DNA of 64,000 nucleotides from an uncultured Candidatus Micrarchaeota archaeon (GTDB taxonomy: Archaea; Micrarchaeota; Micrarchaeia; Micrarchaeales; CABMGC01). Positions within the stretch are counted from its first letter, which is position 1. Every line of letters begins with the position of its first letter. Of the stretch, positions 8,425 through 17,184 are shown piece after piece. The position numbers and the translations under genes are program-made. Below the pieces are notes generated by a model. The model was not told the origin of the DNA. It made no database searches and worked only from the letters and a program-made list of their open reading frames with translations. The stretch spans positions 31,900 through 95,899 of the forward strand of contig CAWHXT010000006.1 of NCBI GenBank assembly GCA_963833485.1, written 5' to 3'.

Positions 8425-9279
8425 ATGAAAGTCAGCGAGATTAAAGCGAAACATATTATTATCAAATCAAAACTTCCTGACTCAGATTACGTTGTTAATC
8501 CTTACACAGGCTGCGAATTCGGCTGCATCTACTGCTATGCAAGCTTCATGGGGCGCTTTGTTAACGAGCCTATAGAAAACTGGGGAAATTACGTTTACGT
8601 TAAGACAAATGCTGTAGAACTTTTCAAGAAAGAGCTACCATCAATTCCAAAGAACTCTACGATATTCTTAAGTTCGGTTACTGATGCTTACCAGGGCGTA
8701 GAGGCGAAGTATAAACTAACTAGAGGTGTACTTGAGGAGATTGCTGCGCGACAGTATCCAGGACCAGTTAGTATACAGACAAAGTCTATGATGGTCACAA
8801 GGGACATCGATATTTTGAAAAAAATACCTGACATAGAGGTTGGGATGACTGTCACAACCACAGATGATGAGTTAGGAAGGTTCATGGAACTTAGAGCCAC
8901 AGCCGCAAGCATGAGAATTGAAACACTAAAGAAGCTGAACGAAGCGGGAATACGCACCTTCGCATTTGTTGGGCCGCTGTTTCCGCACTTCAGATACAAA
9001 CCAGAACTATTGGACAAGCTTTTTGCCGATTTGGCTGAAAGCGGGACAAAGGAGTTATACGTGGAACATATCAATCTTAGCCCTTACATAAAGAAAAGGA
9101 TGTTCTCTTTCTTGGAAGGCCACGGCGACCTTCAGACGATATATGGAGGCGCGGATACTGAAGAGCATAGGAAGGCGCTTGACAAGATTGTTGGGGGGCT
9201 GGTAAGTAAATACGGTCTCAAACTAAGGCTTGGAGGGACCATGTATCACAAAGAGTGGATGAAAGAGAAGAAAAATTAG
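8425..9279 (+). CDS. radical SAM protein (SplB/DNA-photolyase-like COG1533 type)
   Basis: 284 aa with the CxxxCxxC motif GCEFGCIYCYA near the N-terminus. Confidence 0.75.
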   Translation: MKVSEIKAKHIIIKSKLPDSDYVVNPYTGCEFGCIYCYASFMGRFVNEPIENWGNYVYVKTNAVELFKKELPSIPKNSTIFLSSVTDAYQGVEAKYKLTRGVLEEIAARQYPGPVSIQTKSMMVTRDIDILKKIPDIEVGMTVTTTDDELGRFMELRATAASMRIETLKKLNEAGIRTFAFVGPLFPHFRYKPELLDKLFADLAESGTKELYVEHINLSPYIKKRMFSFLEGHGDLQTIYGGADTEEHRKALDKIVGGLVSKYGLKLRLGGTMYHKEWMKEKKN

Positions 9280-9485
9280 CGTTTTGTCTGAAGTCTTTCT
9301 TTTTTTCTCAGATTTCTTAAGGCTAGGAATCTTCGAAATCTCGGATAGAACCAGTCTAGTACCAGCATAATGATAACATAAGCAACTACCAACAAAGATA
9401 GTTGAACTAGGTTTCTCTGAAGGAATATCCCCTCGAGGAATAGCAGGATTGCAATTAGGATCACAACCAGAGCAGTCAGTCTCAA
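9276..9485 (-). CDS. small two-TM membrane protein downstream of amt
   Basis: 69-aa hydrophobic ORF with a TTG start, 4 nt after the amt stop and ending in a basic tail. Confidence 0.35.
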   Translation of the reverse strand: MRLTALVVILIAILLFLEGIFLQRNLVQLSLLVVAYVIIMLVLDWFYPRFRRFLALRNLRKKERLQTKR

Positions 9486-9489
9486 GTGA

Positions 9490-10767
9490 TCACGTTTGCT
9501 TCTTGTAGTTTGTCGTTATTCCGTTTGTCATAATTGCGATGACTGCAGAAGTTAGATAAGAGAGAGCAAACACAGTTATCATCACGACTATAATGCCTAG
9601 TATCTCAATCCCTAGCTGGCTCAGAGCTGCGTAGCCTCCTCCAAACAGTAGTCCGTTTGGAAGCGTTGGATTGCCAGATGCAGAGGCGAATGCTGCTTGG
9701 GTGAAGAATGCGATCATCAGGACTCCAAAAAGTCCTCCAGTCAGGTGCCCAGGTAGTAGCCCTACAGGATCCGAATACCACCTGCCTTTCGAGAAGAAGT
9801 TGTTTGCGTATATGTAGATTGGTCCGCTGAGTAGTCCTAATATGACAGCGCTAAGAGGTGAGACGAAGCCTGCGAGTGGAGTTATCACTATCAGTCCCAT
9901 CAATATCCCGTTTTCAGCGAAGAGTATGTCAGGATCCTTCTTAGAGTCTATGTATCTGAATAATAAGGTGGAGAGCATAGCAGAAGCCGCAGCAAGGAAG
10001 GTTGTTATCACTACTGTCATGGCGCTGCTGTTGAAAGCTAGCACGCTGCCTGGGTTAAACCCGAACCACCCTACCCATAGGAGCAGTATGGAGAGTGTGA
10101 GCCATCCCTGGTTCATCTTTATCGGAGTCTGAGGGCTCTTTGAATATCCTTTCTTCTTTTCCTCTCTCCATATCTGGCATAATATTCCCAAACCAGCAGC
10201 AGCAGCTGCGGCGTGGACAACCAATCCTCCAGCAAAATCTCTCATTCCGAGCAGATACAACCACCCTGTCGGATTCCAGATCCATGCTGCAGGAAGAGCC
10301 CAGATAATCAGGAAATATACTATTGAATAGATGAAAAATGCGCTTAGCTTGACCTTTTTAAGGATGATAACGCTGACAAGTGCGAGAGTCACCGCGGCGA
10401 AAGCAGTCTCAAACAAGAAGTATGTGCCTGTGGTGAGGCCAGTCCCGAAGTAGTTTGACGTCATCGACCACCAAACTCCAGTCAATATGCCTGGTGTGTT
10501 GGTAGAGAATCCACCAAGGAATAAGCTGTTGTATAGCGGGTTTCCTATAATCCCGGCTATTGTTGGCGCAAAAGCAAGATTGAATCCTAAGAATGCCATG
10601 AAGAAGAGTGCAGATCCGGTTATCAACATGGTCTTGAATAGACTTTTTGATAGCTTCTCGCTAAGTTCTCCAACTTCGAGGAAGCCTACGGCCATGGTCA
10701 TTATGAAAACCAGAAGGGCGGCAATTATCACCCAAAGGTTATTTATCAGAGATATTGCATCCGTCAT
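9490..10767 (-). CDS. amt: ammonium transporter (Amt family)
   Basis: 425 aa, polytopic. Motifs FAGGLVVHAAAA and GWFGFNPGS. Confidence 0.9.
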   Translation of the reverse strand: MTDAISLINNLWVIIAALLVFIMTMAVGFLEVGELSEKLSKSLFKTMLITGSALFFMAFLGFNLAFAPTIAGIIGNPLYNSLFLGGFSTNTPGILTGVWWSMTSNYFGTGLTTGTYFLFETAFAAVTLALVSVIILKKVKLSAFFIYSIVYFLIIWALPAAWIWNPTGWLYLLGMRDFAGGLVVHAAAAAAGLGILCQIWREEKKKGYSKSPQTPIKMNQGWLTLSILLLWVGWFGFNPGSVLAFNSSAMTVVITTFLAAASAMLSTLLFRYIDSKKDPDILFAENGILMGLIVITPLAGFVSPLSAVILGLLSGPIYIYANNFFSKGRWYSDPVGLLPGHLTGGLFGVLMIAFFTQAAFASASGNPTLPNGLLFGGGYAALSQLGIEILGIIVVMITVFALSYLTSAVIAIMTNGITTNYKKQT

Positions 10768-10824
10768 CCTTTCACTGTTGCTTAAGTGTGAAATGTTAAC
10801 AGTTATAAGGATTCCTTCAAGCTG

Positions 10825-12180
10825 CTATTCAGATACTTCCTCAAGTGTTAGTCTGGAAGCTGATGGGCCCAAAAGCGAGATTATGCCGGCTATCAAGCCA
10901 GTTATCCCTATCGTGATGAAGCCGGTCGAAAACCCAAAAGTTGTCACGATGACTGGTATGAAGAGCGCGCCTAAAACCCCACCAAGATGTCCGATGCCGT
11001 CGCTCAAAGCGAATCCAGATGCACGTGCGCGTGTAGGATAGCTCTCCGCTGTGAAGGTGTACGCCACCTGCAGATAGAATCCTAGAGAGAGCGCAGCTAA
11101 GAAGGAACCGATTATTATTATAGCATTGCTGGCTAGAGATCCGATAAGAATCATTCCAACAAGCCAGACAACAGTAGCTGAGATGATTAGCCGCTTTCTT
11201 TCAAACTTATCAGCAAGAACGGACATTATGATTGCTCCAACAGGGTAGCCCATCGCACCAACAGCCAAGAACAGGATCGAGTTAGCTACTGTTATGTGCT
11301 GCATTGAGAGCAGCGTAGCTGCATCCCCAAGGAAGGCGTAGTTGCCTATGTACCAGAAGAACCACATCGCAACGAACACGACAAGCCTTTTTGCATAGCG
11401 TTTATGGAAAAGATAAGATGTTGGAAACTTGTTGCTGGAGAGGTTAACAGTTGAAGGTTCCGGCTTCGGAAGTTTGATTCTCTTTTTCTTAACAAAATCT
11501 TCCATCTGCTTGACGACCTTTTCTGCCTGTTCGAACTTTCCATGGAGCACGAGCCATCTGGGGGATTCTGGAAGTCTGAATCTCACCATAATTGCGATTA
11601 CAGCAATGACTCCGCCAGTAACGAATAGCAACCTCCACCCTATCGCGAAGTTAGGCACCAAAGCGAGTGCAACAAAAGGAGTGACCGCCTGGCCAATTAT
11701 GCCTATCAAGAAGGTAAGCATTGACATTCTCCCCCTCTTTGCTGGAGGAGAAAGCTCACCTATGTAAGTAGATACCAGGTTGAGGTCCGCGCCGACGCCC
11801 ATTCCAGTTACGAATCTCCATATGGAAAGGGTTATTATCCCTGTGGCTGCTGCATCGCCAAAAGCGCCGATTGCGGTAAGTATCATTGTGAGAAGCATCA
11901 TGTTGAACCTGCCGTACTTGTCAGACAGAGTGCCTATGATGTAAGAGCCGAATATGTAACCTATCAGCCCAACTGCGAGCGCAACAAACAGGCTTTCGGA
12001 TCCTGTGAGGCTGAACTGGCTTGCTATCGCAGGCATTGCGAAGCCTATGTCTGTAATGTCAAAAAATGTGAAGAAGTACCCCAATCCAATTATTACAAGA
12101 AATGAAGAGGGAAACGCCCAGATTGGTATCCTGTTTAACCTTGCGAGTATTTCTTTGCCTTTGGACTGCCCTGCATCCAT
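10825..12180 (-). CDS. MFS transporter (sugar-porter/metabolite:H+ symporter type)
   Basis: 451 aa with 12 predicted TM segments. Motifs GTLSDKYGRFNMM and LPESPRWL. Confidence 0.85.
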   Translation of the reverse strand: MDAGQSKGKEILARLNRIPIWAFPSSFLVIIGLGYFFTFFDITDIGFAMPAIASQFSLTGSESLFVALAVGLIGYIFGSYIIGTLSDKYGRFNMMLLTMILTAIGAFGDAAATGIITLSIWRFVTGMGVGADLNLVSTYIGELSPPAKRGRMSMLTFLIGIIGQAVTPFVALALVPNFAIGWRLLFVTGGVIAVIAIMVRFRLPESPRWLVLHGKFEQAEKVVKQMEDFVKKKRIKLPKPEPSTVNLSSNKFPTSYLFHKRYAKRLVVFVAMWFFWYIGNYAFLGDAATLLSMQHITVANSILFLAVGAMGYPVGAIIMSVLADKFERKRLIISATVVWLVGMILIGSLASNAIIIIGSFLAALSLGFYLQVAYTFTAESYPTRARASGFALSDGIGHLGGVLGALFIPVIVTTFGFSTGFITIGITGLIAGIISLLGPSASRLTLEEVSE

Positions 12181-12281
12181 GCTTTATCTATTCCGACAAA
12201 GTCTTTTAAACTCTAACTTTATGCGTGCGGTTTTCACTTCGATTTGCAAAAGTATATAATGAAATACATTCTATTCATTTT

Positions 12282-12773
12282 ATGCCGGAAAAGAAAAAGC
12301 TAAAGATCGGCTGGTTTTCATTCACATGCTGTGAAGACAGCACCATGATATGGATTGAAATGATGAACCAAAACTTCTTCAAGTGGAAGGATCTGCTAGA
12401 GGTAAAGCATGCGCGTGTTCTAAAAAAGAACAACAAACTTAGAGACATAGACGTGGCTTTCGTAGAGGGAGCAATAACCAACGACGCTGATGCAAAAAAA
12501 CTAGAATCGATAAGGAAGAACTCAAAGAAGATTGTTGCGATAGGTTCTTGTGCGGTTGTCGGCATGCCTGCGGCGCAAAGGAACAATTTTGACGAAGAAA
12601 CTAAGAAAGAGATAGCGTTTCTGCTAGAGAGATTCAAGCAGGCGGACAGGGTCCGCACGGTTAGGGAAGTTGTACAGATAGACGATGAGGTCCCGGGATG
12701 CCCGATGGAGGAGGACGCGTTCCTGAAGGTATTAGACAAGTACCTCAAGGAGTTTGGTGTTATAAATGCATAG
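12282..12773 (+). CDS. [NiFe]-hydrogenase small subunit, minimal form carrying only the proximal cluster
   Basis: ATG at 12282 (MPEKKKLKIGWFSFTCCEDS). There are only four Cys: CC, GSCAVVG and VPGCPMEE (Oxidored_q6/NuoB-like fold). The stop overlaps the large-subunit start. Confidence 0.75.
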   Translation: MPEKKKLKIGWFSFTCCEDSTMIWIEMMNQNFFKWKDLLEVKHARVLKKNNKLRDIDVAFVEGAITNDADAKKLESIRKNSKKIVAIGSCAVVGMPAAQRNNFDEETKKEIAFLLERFKQADRVRTVREVVQIDDEVPGCPMEEDAFLKVLDKYLKEFGVINA

Positions 12774-14085
12774 CGACCACGATTTTGAAGGGGAAGTTGG
12801 TGGTGATGGGGGCAGCCAGCACATACATCTGAAGAGCATATCGAAGATAGAAGGCCAGGGCAGCTTGGACATAAAGATCACTGGCAAAAAAGTAGATTAC
12901 GCCAGATTAAAAATAACTGAAAGTAAGCGCTTCTATACGCAGGCAATAAGAAACAAGTTTGCAATATCTCTGCCTCTGATGACCTCAAGAGTTTGTGGGA
13001 CCTGTAGCATAGCGCACCTAACCTGCTGCACTGAGGCTGTTGAAAATGCTATGGGATATATGCCTTCCGACCAGACGCTGCTTCTGAGAAAGCTCTCTCT
13101 TCATGGAATGATGATCCGTGATCACTCTTTGCATCTTTATCTTTTCTGCCTGCCTGACCTGTTTGGGAAGGACTCGATATTGGACTTTGAGGGGGAGGAC
13201 GAGGAGCTGATAAGAAAGGCGTTTGCGATAAAAAGCGTAGGGAACAACCTTTCAAAGGTCATTGCAGGGAGAGCTGTGCACGCGACATACGCTGAGGTCG
13301 GAAAGTTCTCGCACATACCAGCCAGCGAAGACGTCAAAAAGGTGATAGATGAACTGAAATCTGTAAGGAATTATGTTCTGGACTTCATAGAACTTTTCTA
13401 CGATTCTAACCTAGTGCTGGAGCATGAAACTGACTTTCTCTCAATGGTAAATGACGATTATTCCTTCTCAAAGGGGACCATCAAGGACTCACGCGGAGCT
13501 TCGATAGAAACTGAGAAATATGCAGATTTCTTGGATAAAATAGTGATTCCATATTCGGAAGCCTCCGGATATGATTTTGAAGGAAGAGAGTACATGGTAG
13601 GTGCGCTCTCTAGGATGAATCTTAACAGCAAAAGCCTTCACAAAGATACATTAAGAGATGCACAGAAATACATGGGCGTATTCCCATCAAAAAACATCTT
13701 CCACAACAACCTTGCTCAGAGCATAGAAACGCTGCACTGCATAGACAGCTCTTTGGAGCTGCTTGAATCTAACGAGTTTAAGGAGGAAACGAACGAGCCG
13801 GTAAAGATAAGGGAAGGGATAGGTGTTGGAGTTATCGAGGCGCCGAGAGGCACGCTTTATTACATGCTTTCAATAGATGAAAAGGGGATGACACGCTTCG
13901 GCAACATAATAGTTCCTACGCAGCAGAACCAAGTTGGAATGGAAAGGAGCGTGGTGCAGGTAGTTGAGCAGAATATAGACAAGGGAAAGGCTAAGATAGA
14001 ATACGAGATTGAGAAGCTGATAAGGGCGTATGACCCTTGCATGAGCTGCGCTAGTCACTTCCTCAAGATAAATTGGCATCGATGA
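12766..14085 (+). CDS. [NiFe]-hydrogenase large subunit (group 3-like)
   Basis: 439 aa. N-terminal RVCGTCSIAH (RxCGxCxxxH) and C-terminal DPCMSCASH, followed by an 8-aa tail (FLKINWHR) of the kind removed by a maturation protease. Confidence 0.88.
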   Translation: MHSDHDFEGEVGGDGGSQHIHLKSISKIEGQGSLDIKITGKKVDYARLKITESKRFYTQAIRNKFAISLPLMTSRVCGTCSIAHLTCCTEAVENAMGYMPSDQTLLLRKLSLHGMMIRDHSLHLYLFCLPDLFGKDSILDFEGEDEELIRKAFAIKSVGNNLSKVIAGRAVHATYAEVGKFSHIPASEDVKKVIDELKSVRNYVLDFIELFYDSNLVLEHETDFLSMVNDDYSFSKGTIKDSRGASIETEKYADFLDKIVIPYSEASGYDFEGREYMVGALSRMNLNSKSLHKDTLRDAQKYMGVFPSKNIFHNNLAQSIETLHCIDSSLELLESNEFKEETNEPVKIREGIGVGVIEAPRGTLYYMLSIDEKGMTRFGNIIVPTQQNQVGMERSVVQVVEQNIDKGKAKIEYEIEKLIRAYDPCMSCASHFLKINWHR

Positions 14086-14461
14086 GCTTTGCAAGCTGTT
14101 CGAGCGCCTCTTCCTCTTTGATCCTCATTGGAACTCCAAATATCATTACACTGTCAATATACTTCAATTTCTTAAGCAGCTTTAGGCTGTAGCCAAGATC
14201 GAAGTCATGCATCGAATAAACCTTCTGAGTCTTTATTGAATCTATGTCTGTCACCAATGAAACCTTCCTTATGCCTTGAATGGTGTCGATTATGATAAGA
14301 TCCCGACCCTCAGCTTCCATATTCTCGTTAGGATCAAAATCCTTGAATTCAATATCTGGGAACCTTTCTCTTAATTTTGGCAAGAGCCTTAAGGGCAAGC
14401 TGTCTTGCCTTAGGATCGGGTTGCCGAAAACCAGGACTTTACGCTTCTTCCCCTGAGCCAA
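14063..14461 (-). CDS. hydrogenase maturation endopeptidase (HycI/HybD-like)
   Basis: 132 aa. VLVFGNPILRQDS, LIIIDTI and SMHDFD match the spacing of the Asp/Asp/His metal ligands of the family. Convergent with the large-subunit gene, overlapping it by 23 nt. Confidence 0.6.
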   Translation of the reverse strand: MAQGKKRKVLVFGNPILRQDSLPLRLLPKLRERFPDIEFKDFDPNENMEAEGRDLIIIDTIQGIRKVSLVTDIDSIKTQKVYSMHDFDLGYSLKLLKKLKYIDSVMIFGVPMRIKEEEALEQLAKLIDANLS

Positions 14462-14960
14462 TGAATCCTCCCTTCATCTTTTTAGCCATCTTATCATCGA
14501 TCTTTTCCACGATGTAGTCAAAGTGAACAGCCACGATGTCCCCCTTCTTTACATCCTTTGCAAATAAGCTCTTGTAGTTCTTTCTGCCCAGCCTCGTTTC
14601 TACAACCGCAGAGCCATCACTAGTCTCAATCACCCTTCCCGCATAGGTCTTGCAGTCCACCGGATTGAAGTCGCCCATGAGCTTGTATCTGTCATCAACT
14701 ACCTTGCTGTGCTCGAGCAAGAAATACTGCCTTATGACCTCTGCATCGATCGCATTCTTTCCCATCCTCTCTGCTATGCTTTCGCACATTGCGTTTGCGA
14801 CTTTGAACATTCTCTCCACGTTTTCCTCAGGGACTTTCCCTTCCGAAACGAGCTGTTTAAGCTTTTCCACACGTTCCTGAGTGACGTTTCCCCTTTTCAC
14901 CAAAGTGCTTGCGCAAGGAAGAGCGTATTTTAGGAATAACGGCCTATCTTCTATCCTCAT
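14439..14960 (-). CDS. HypC/HupF-like protein with a ~100-aa N-terminal extension
   Basis: 173 aa. The C-terminal half, DCKTYAGRVIETSDGSAVVETRLGRKNY...VKKGDIVAVHFDYIVEKID, follows the HypC pattern but its Cys is internal. It sits between hypC and the protease gene. Confidence 0.45.
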   Translation of the reverse strand: MRIEDRPLFLKYALPCASTLVKRGNVTQERVEKLKQLVSEGKVPEENVERMFKVANAMCESIAERMGKNAIDAEVIRQYFLLEHSKVVDDRYKLMGDFNPVDCKTYAGRVIETSDGSAVVETRLGRKNYKSLFAKDVKKGDIVAVHFDYIVEKIDDKMAKKMKGGFIGSGEEA

Positions 14961-15154
14961 TTCATTTGCCCCATGATGACCTTCGCCTCTTGTTCGTCGA
15001 CCTTTTCTATAGCTATGTTGACTGAAAAGAGCACGTAATCTCCAATAGAAGCCTTCACCAGTTTGGAGTTCAAAACCCTTCTCTTCCCTTTATAATCTAC
15101 TGTTATCGTGTCCCCATCTACACTGACAACTTTACCTACGGGCGCTTGGCACAT
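14957..15154 (-). CDS. hypC: hydrogenase assembly chaperone HypC
   Basis: The internal ATG at 15154 gives a 65-aa protein starting MCQAPVGKVVSVDGDTITVDY and containing GDYVLFSVNIAIEKVD. This is the canonical N-terminal Met-Cys HypC signature. The longer 125-aa ORF prefix looks non-coding. Confidence 0.75.
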   Translation of the reverse strand: MCQAPVGKVVSVDGDTITVDYKGKRRVLNSKLVKASIGDYVLFSVNIAIEKVDEQEAKVIMGQMK

Positions 15155-15272
15155 TGAATTCACAACCTTTGAACATTTAGAATATTTATATGTTTCAGGT
15201 TGGGGGAGTATCAGTACTGTGAGCTGTGCGGAAGAGATAAAAGCAGACGCTTCTATTGGATAAATTGGTAAG

Positions 15273-15746
15273 ATGAAGCTGGATATCACAAAACTGCTCT
15301 CTTCGTTACTTATTTGTGAGGGAGTTGGAAACATTGGTACACTGCTGGTTTTACCAGCACTAGTTGGATGGTACGCAAATCTTGCGAAACCAAGTTTTAC
15401 CCCTCCAGATCTAGTCTTCGGGTCAGTATGGGCAGTATTATTCTTCCTTATTGGAATATCTTTTTATCTAGTTTGGACGGCTAAAGTGGTTAAGAAGAAC
15501 CGCAACGGCGCCTTTGTGGCCTTTGGTGTGCAGCTCTTCCTTAACTTCCTATGGCCAGTTGCATTTTTTGGTTTCAAGTCACCATTCTATGGGTTCGTGG
15601 AGACATTGTTCTTATTGGGCTCTATAATAGCGATGATTGTAGAATTCTGGAAGTTCTCAAAGAAAGCCGCGCTGCTTTTGGTGCCATACCTACTATGGGT
15701 CTCTTTTGCAGCCATTTTGACCTTTTACGTATGGAAACTTAACTGA
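15273..15746 (+). CDS. tspO: TspO/MBR family tryptophan-rich sensory protein
   Basis: 157 aa with 5 TM segments. Motifs WYANLAKPSFTPPDLVFGSVWAVLF, FLNFLWPVAFFG and VPYLLWVSFAAILTF. Confidence 0.85.
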   Translation: MKLDITKLLSSLLICEGVGNIGTLLVLPALVGWYANLAKPSFTPPDLVFGSVWAVLFFLIGISFYLVWTAKVVKKNRNGAFVAFGVQLFLNFLWPVAFFGFKSPFYGFVETLFLLGSIIAMIVEFWKFSKKAALLLVPYLLWVSFAAILTFYVWKLN

Positions 15747-15832
15747 TATTTGATGTGAAAAGCACAAAATGGCACTTGTTCTCTTAGAATAACTTTATAA
15801 AGTTAACACTCTAAGTATAATCGGGCGAATAT

Positions 15833-16279
15833 ATGCTAGGACTAATCTTCTTGATAGCTATGTTGAAAAACACCAATTATAATCCGTTCAACAACGTTAA
15901 GGGCCAAAGTGCAATGGAATACTTGATGACCTACGGTTGGGCAATCCTTATAATCGCTGTGGTGCTCGGTGCACTGTTCAGCTTAGGAGTGTTCAGCGGA
16001 GGTGCGACCATAGGAACCTCGTGCGTCGCGCAGGCAGGATTCTTGTGCAAGACTCCAGTAATTTTAGGAACTAACGGCAACGTCTCATTCATATTCGGAC
16101 AGAACACCGGCGCCACAATATTCAATATCGGACTCGCGTGCACTTCAACATCTATACAAAATTTCGGACTTCCAAACCCACCGACGGCAATGGTGTTGAT
16201 CTACGCTAGCGGACTGACGAGCAACTTGAATGCTCAAGGAACAAACGTGGTTAACGGAGGAGCTCGCGAAATCCCTTGA
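15833..16279 (+). CDS. archaeal pilin-like protein, N-terminal fragment (frame-shifted)
   Basis: NNVKGQ/SAMEYLMTYGWAILIIAVVLGALFSLGVF class III signal. The frame ends abnormally (GGAREIP*). The conserved C-terminal part continues in the +1 frame. Confidence 0.65.
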   Translation: MLGLIFLIAMLKNTNYNPFNNVKGQSAMEYLMTYGWAILIIAVVLGALFSLGVFSGGATIGTSCVAQAGFLCKTPVILGTNGNVSFIFGQNTGATIFNIGLACTSTSIQNFGLPNPPTAMVLIYASGLTSNLNAQGTNVVNGGAREIP

Positions 16280-16487
16280 TTTGGTAAGCGGAGCTACAAC
16301 GACTATATCTGGCTTGAAGTGCTTTGGAACAACCCAAACACCATTTGCTACCGCTGCGAGCCTTGCTACCATCGGAACTCCGTTCACTGGTTTTATATAC
16401 ATGAATTACACTACCAACGCTGCAACGCCAATGACAGGCAACTGGTACACGCAGAAGGTCGCGGTCATAACAATGAAGGTAGTGTAA
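16230..16487 (+). CDS. C-terminal fragment of the same pilin-like gene (+1 frame)
   Basis: ISGLKCFG...IGTPFTGFIYMNYTT aligns with LTFVCPLSG...IGTQFSGYLWFGYDT of the paralog at 16515. Confidence 0.6.
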   Translation: MLKEQTWLTEELAKSLDLVSGATTTISGLKCFGTTQTPFATAASLATIGTPFTGFIYMNYTTNAATPMTGNWYTQKVAVITMKVV

Positions 16488-16514
16488 AGGAACAAGGGTC
16501 AAGATTTGATCTAA

Positions 16515-16985
16515 ATGAAGAAGTCAAGACTACAAAGCTCGATGGAGTATCTTACAGTCTACGGTTGGTCGGTGGCGGTCGCTTTGACTGTCCTCTCTGC
16601 TTTGTTCTCCCTTGGAGTTTTCAGCGGGGCTTCGCTTGGGACTTCTGCTTGCATACCTATTCCAGGATACTCTTGCCAGAACCCAATACTTTCTACTAAT
16701 GGCATGCTTAACGTATCATTCTCCCAGACCATAGGGTCATTGACGATAACAGGGACCGGATGCACGCAAAGCATGACTCCACCAACAACTCTTATCCCAA
16801 CATCAATAACAAGCGCCAACGGCGCCATCTTCCCACTAACTTTCGTATGCCCTTTGAGCGGCAACACGATAGGCACGCAGTTTTCAGGATACCTTTGGTT
16901 CGGCTATGATACCCCAACCCAGACAGGGCTTGAAACAGAATTCGCTTCATTTAGTGCGCAAGTAAGGCATGTCGCTACTCCTTAA
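16515..16985 (+). CDS. archaeal type IV pilin-like protein (class III signal peptide)
   Basis: MKKSRLQ/SSMEYLTVYGWSVAVALTVLSALFSLGVF. It is collinear with the 6577 paralog over about 140 aa, including four Cys. Confidence 0.72.
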   Translation: MKKSRLQSSMEYLTVYGWSVAVALTVLSALFSLGVFSGASLGTSACIPIPGYSCQNPILSTNGMLNVSFSQTIGSLTITGTGCTQSMTPPTTLIPTSITSANGAIFPLTFVCPLSGNTIGTQFSGYLWFGYDTPTQTGLETEFASFSAQVRHVATP

Positions 16986-17006
16986 AATTAGAACAATTTT
17001 GAAGAC

Positions 17007-17180
17007 TTACTTCTTTGGCTTTGAGATCTCCCTAATCTCTTTCAAGTTTGGTCTCTTCTTATACACGTTGTCGAACTTGAAGCATCGTTTTGAGCAATAG
17101 TATCTCAGGCTGCCGTTCTTCTTCACGTACATCATGCCAGTGCCCTTTTCTATCTCTGTAGTACAGTAGGAGCACTTCAT
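17007..17180 (-). CDS. rpl24e: 50S ribosomal protein L24e
   Basis: Manual translation of a 57-aa ORF that is below the ORF-track cutoff: MKCSYCTTEIEKGTGMMYVKKNGSLRYYCSKRCFKFDNVYKKRPNLKEIREISKPKK, stop TAA. It lies 4 nt downstream of S28e. Confidence 0.85.
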   Translation of the reverse strand: MKCSYCTTEIEKGTGMMYVKKNGSLRYYCSKRCFKFDNVYKKRPNLKEIREISKPKK

Positions 17181-17184
17181 GCTT

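Noticed and set aside
14957-15334. The full 125-aa ORF as the HypC gene
   Set aside because: HypC requires an N-terminal Met-Cys. The internal ATG at 15154 gives exactly MCQAPVGKV. The upstream 60 codons are hydrophobic junk and overlap the TspO start region.
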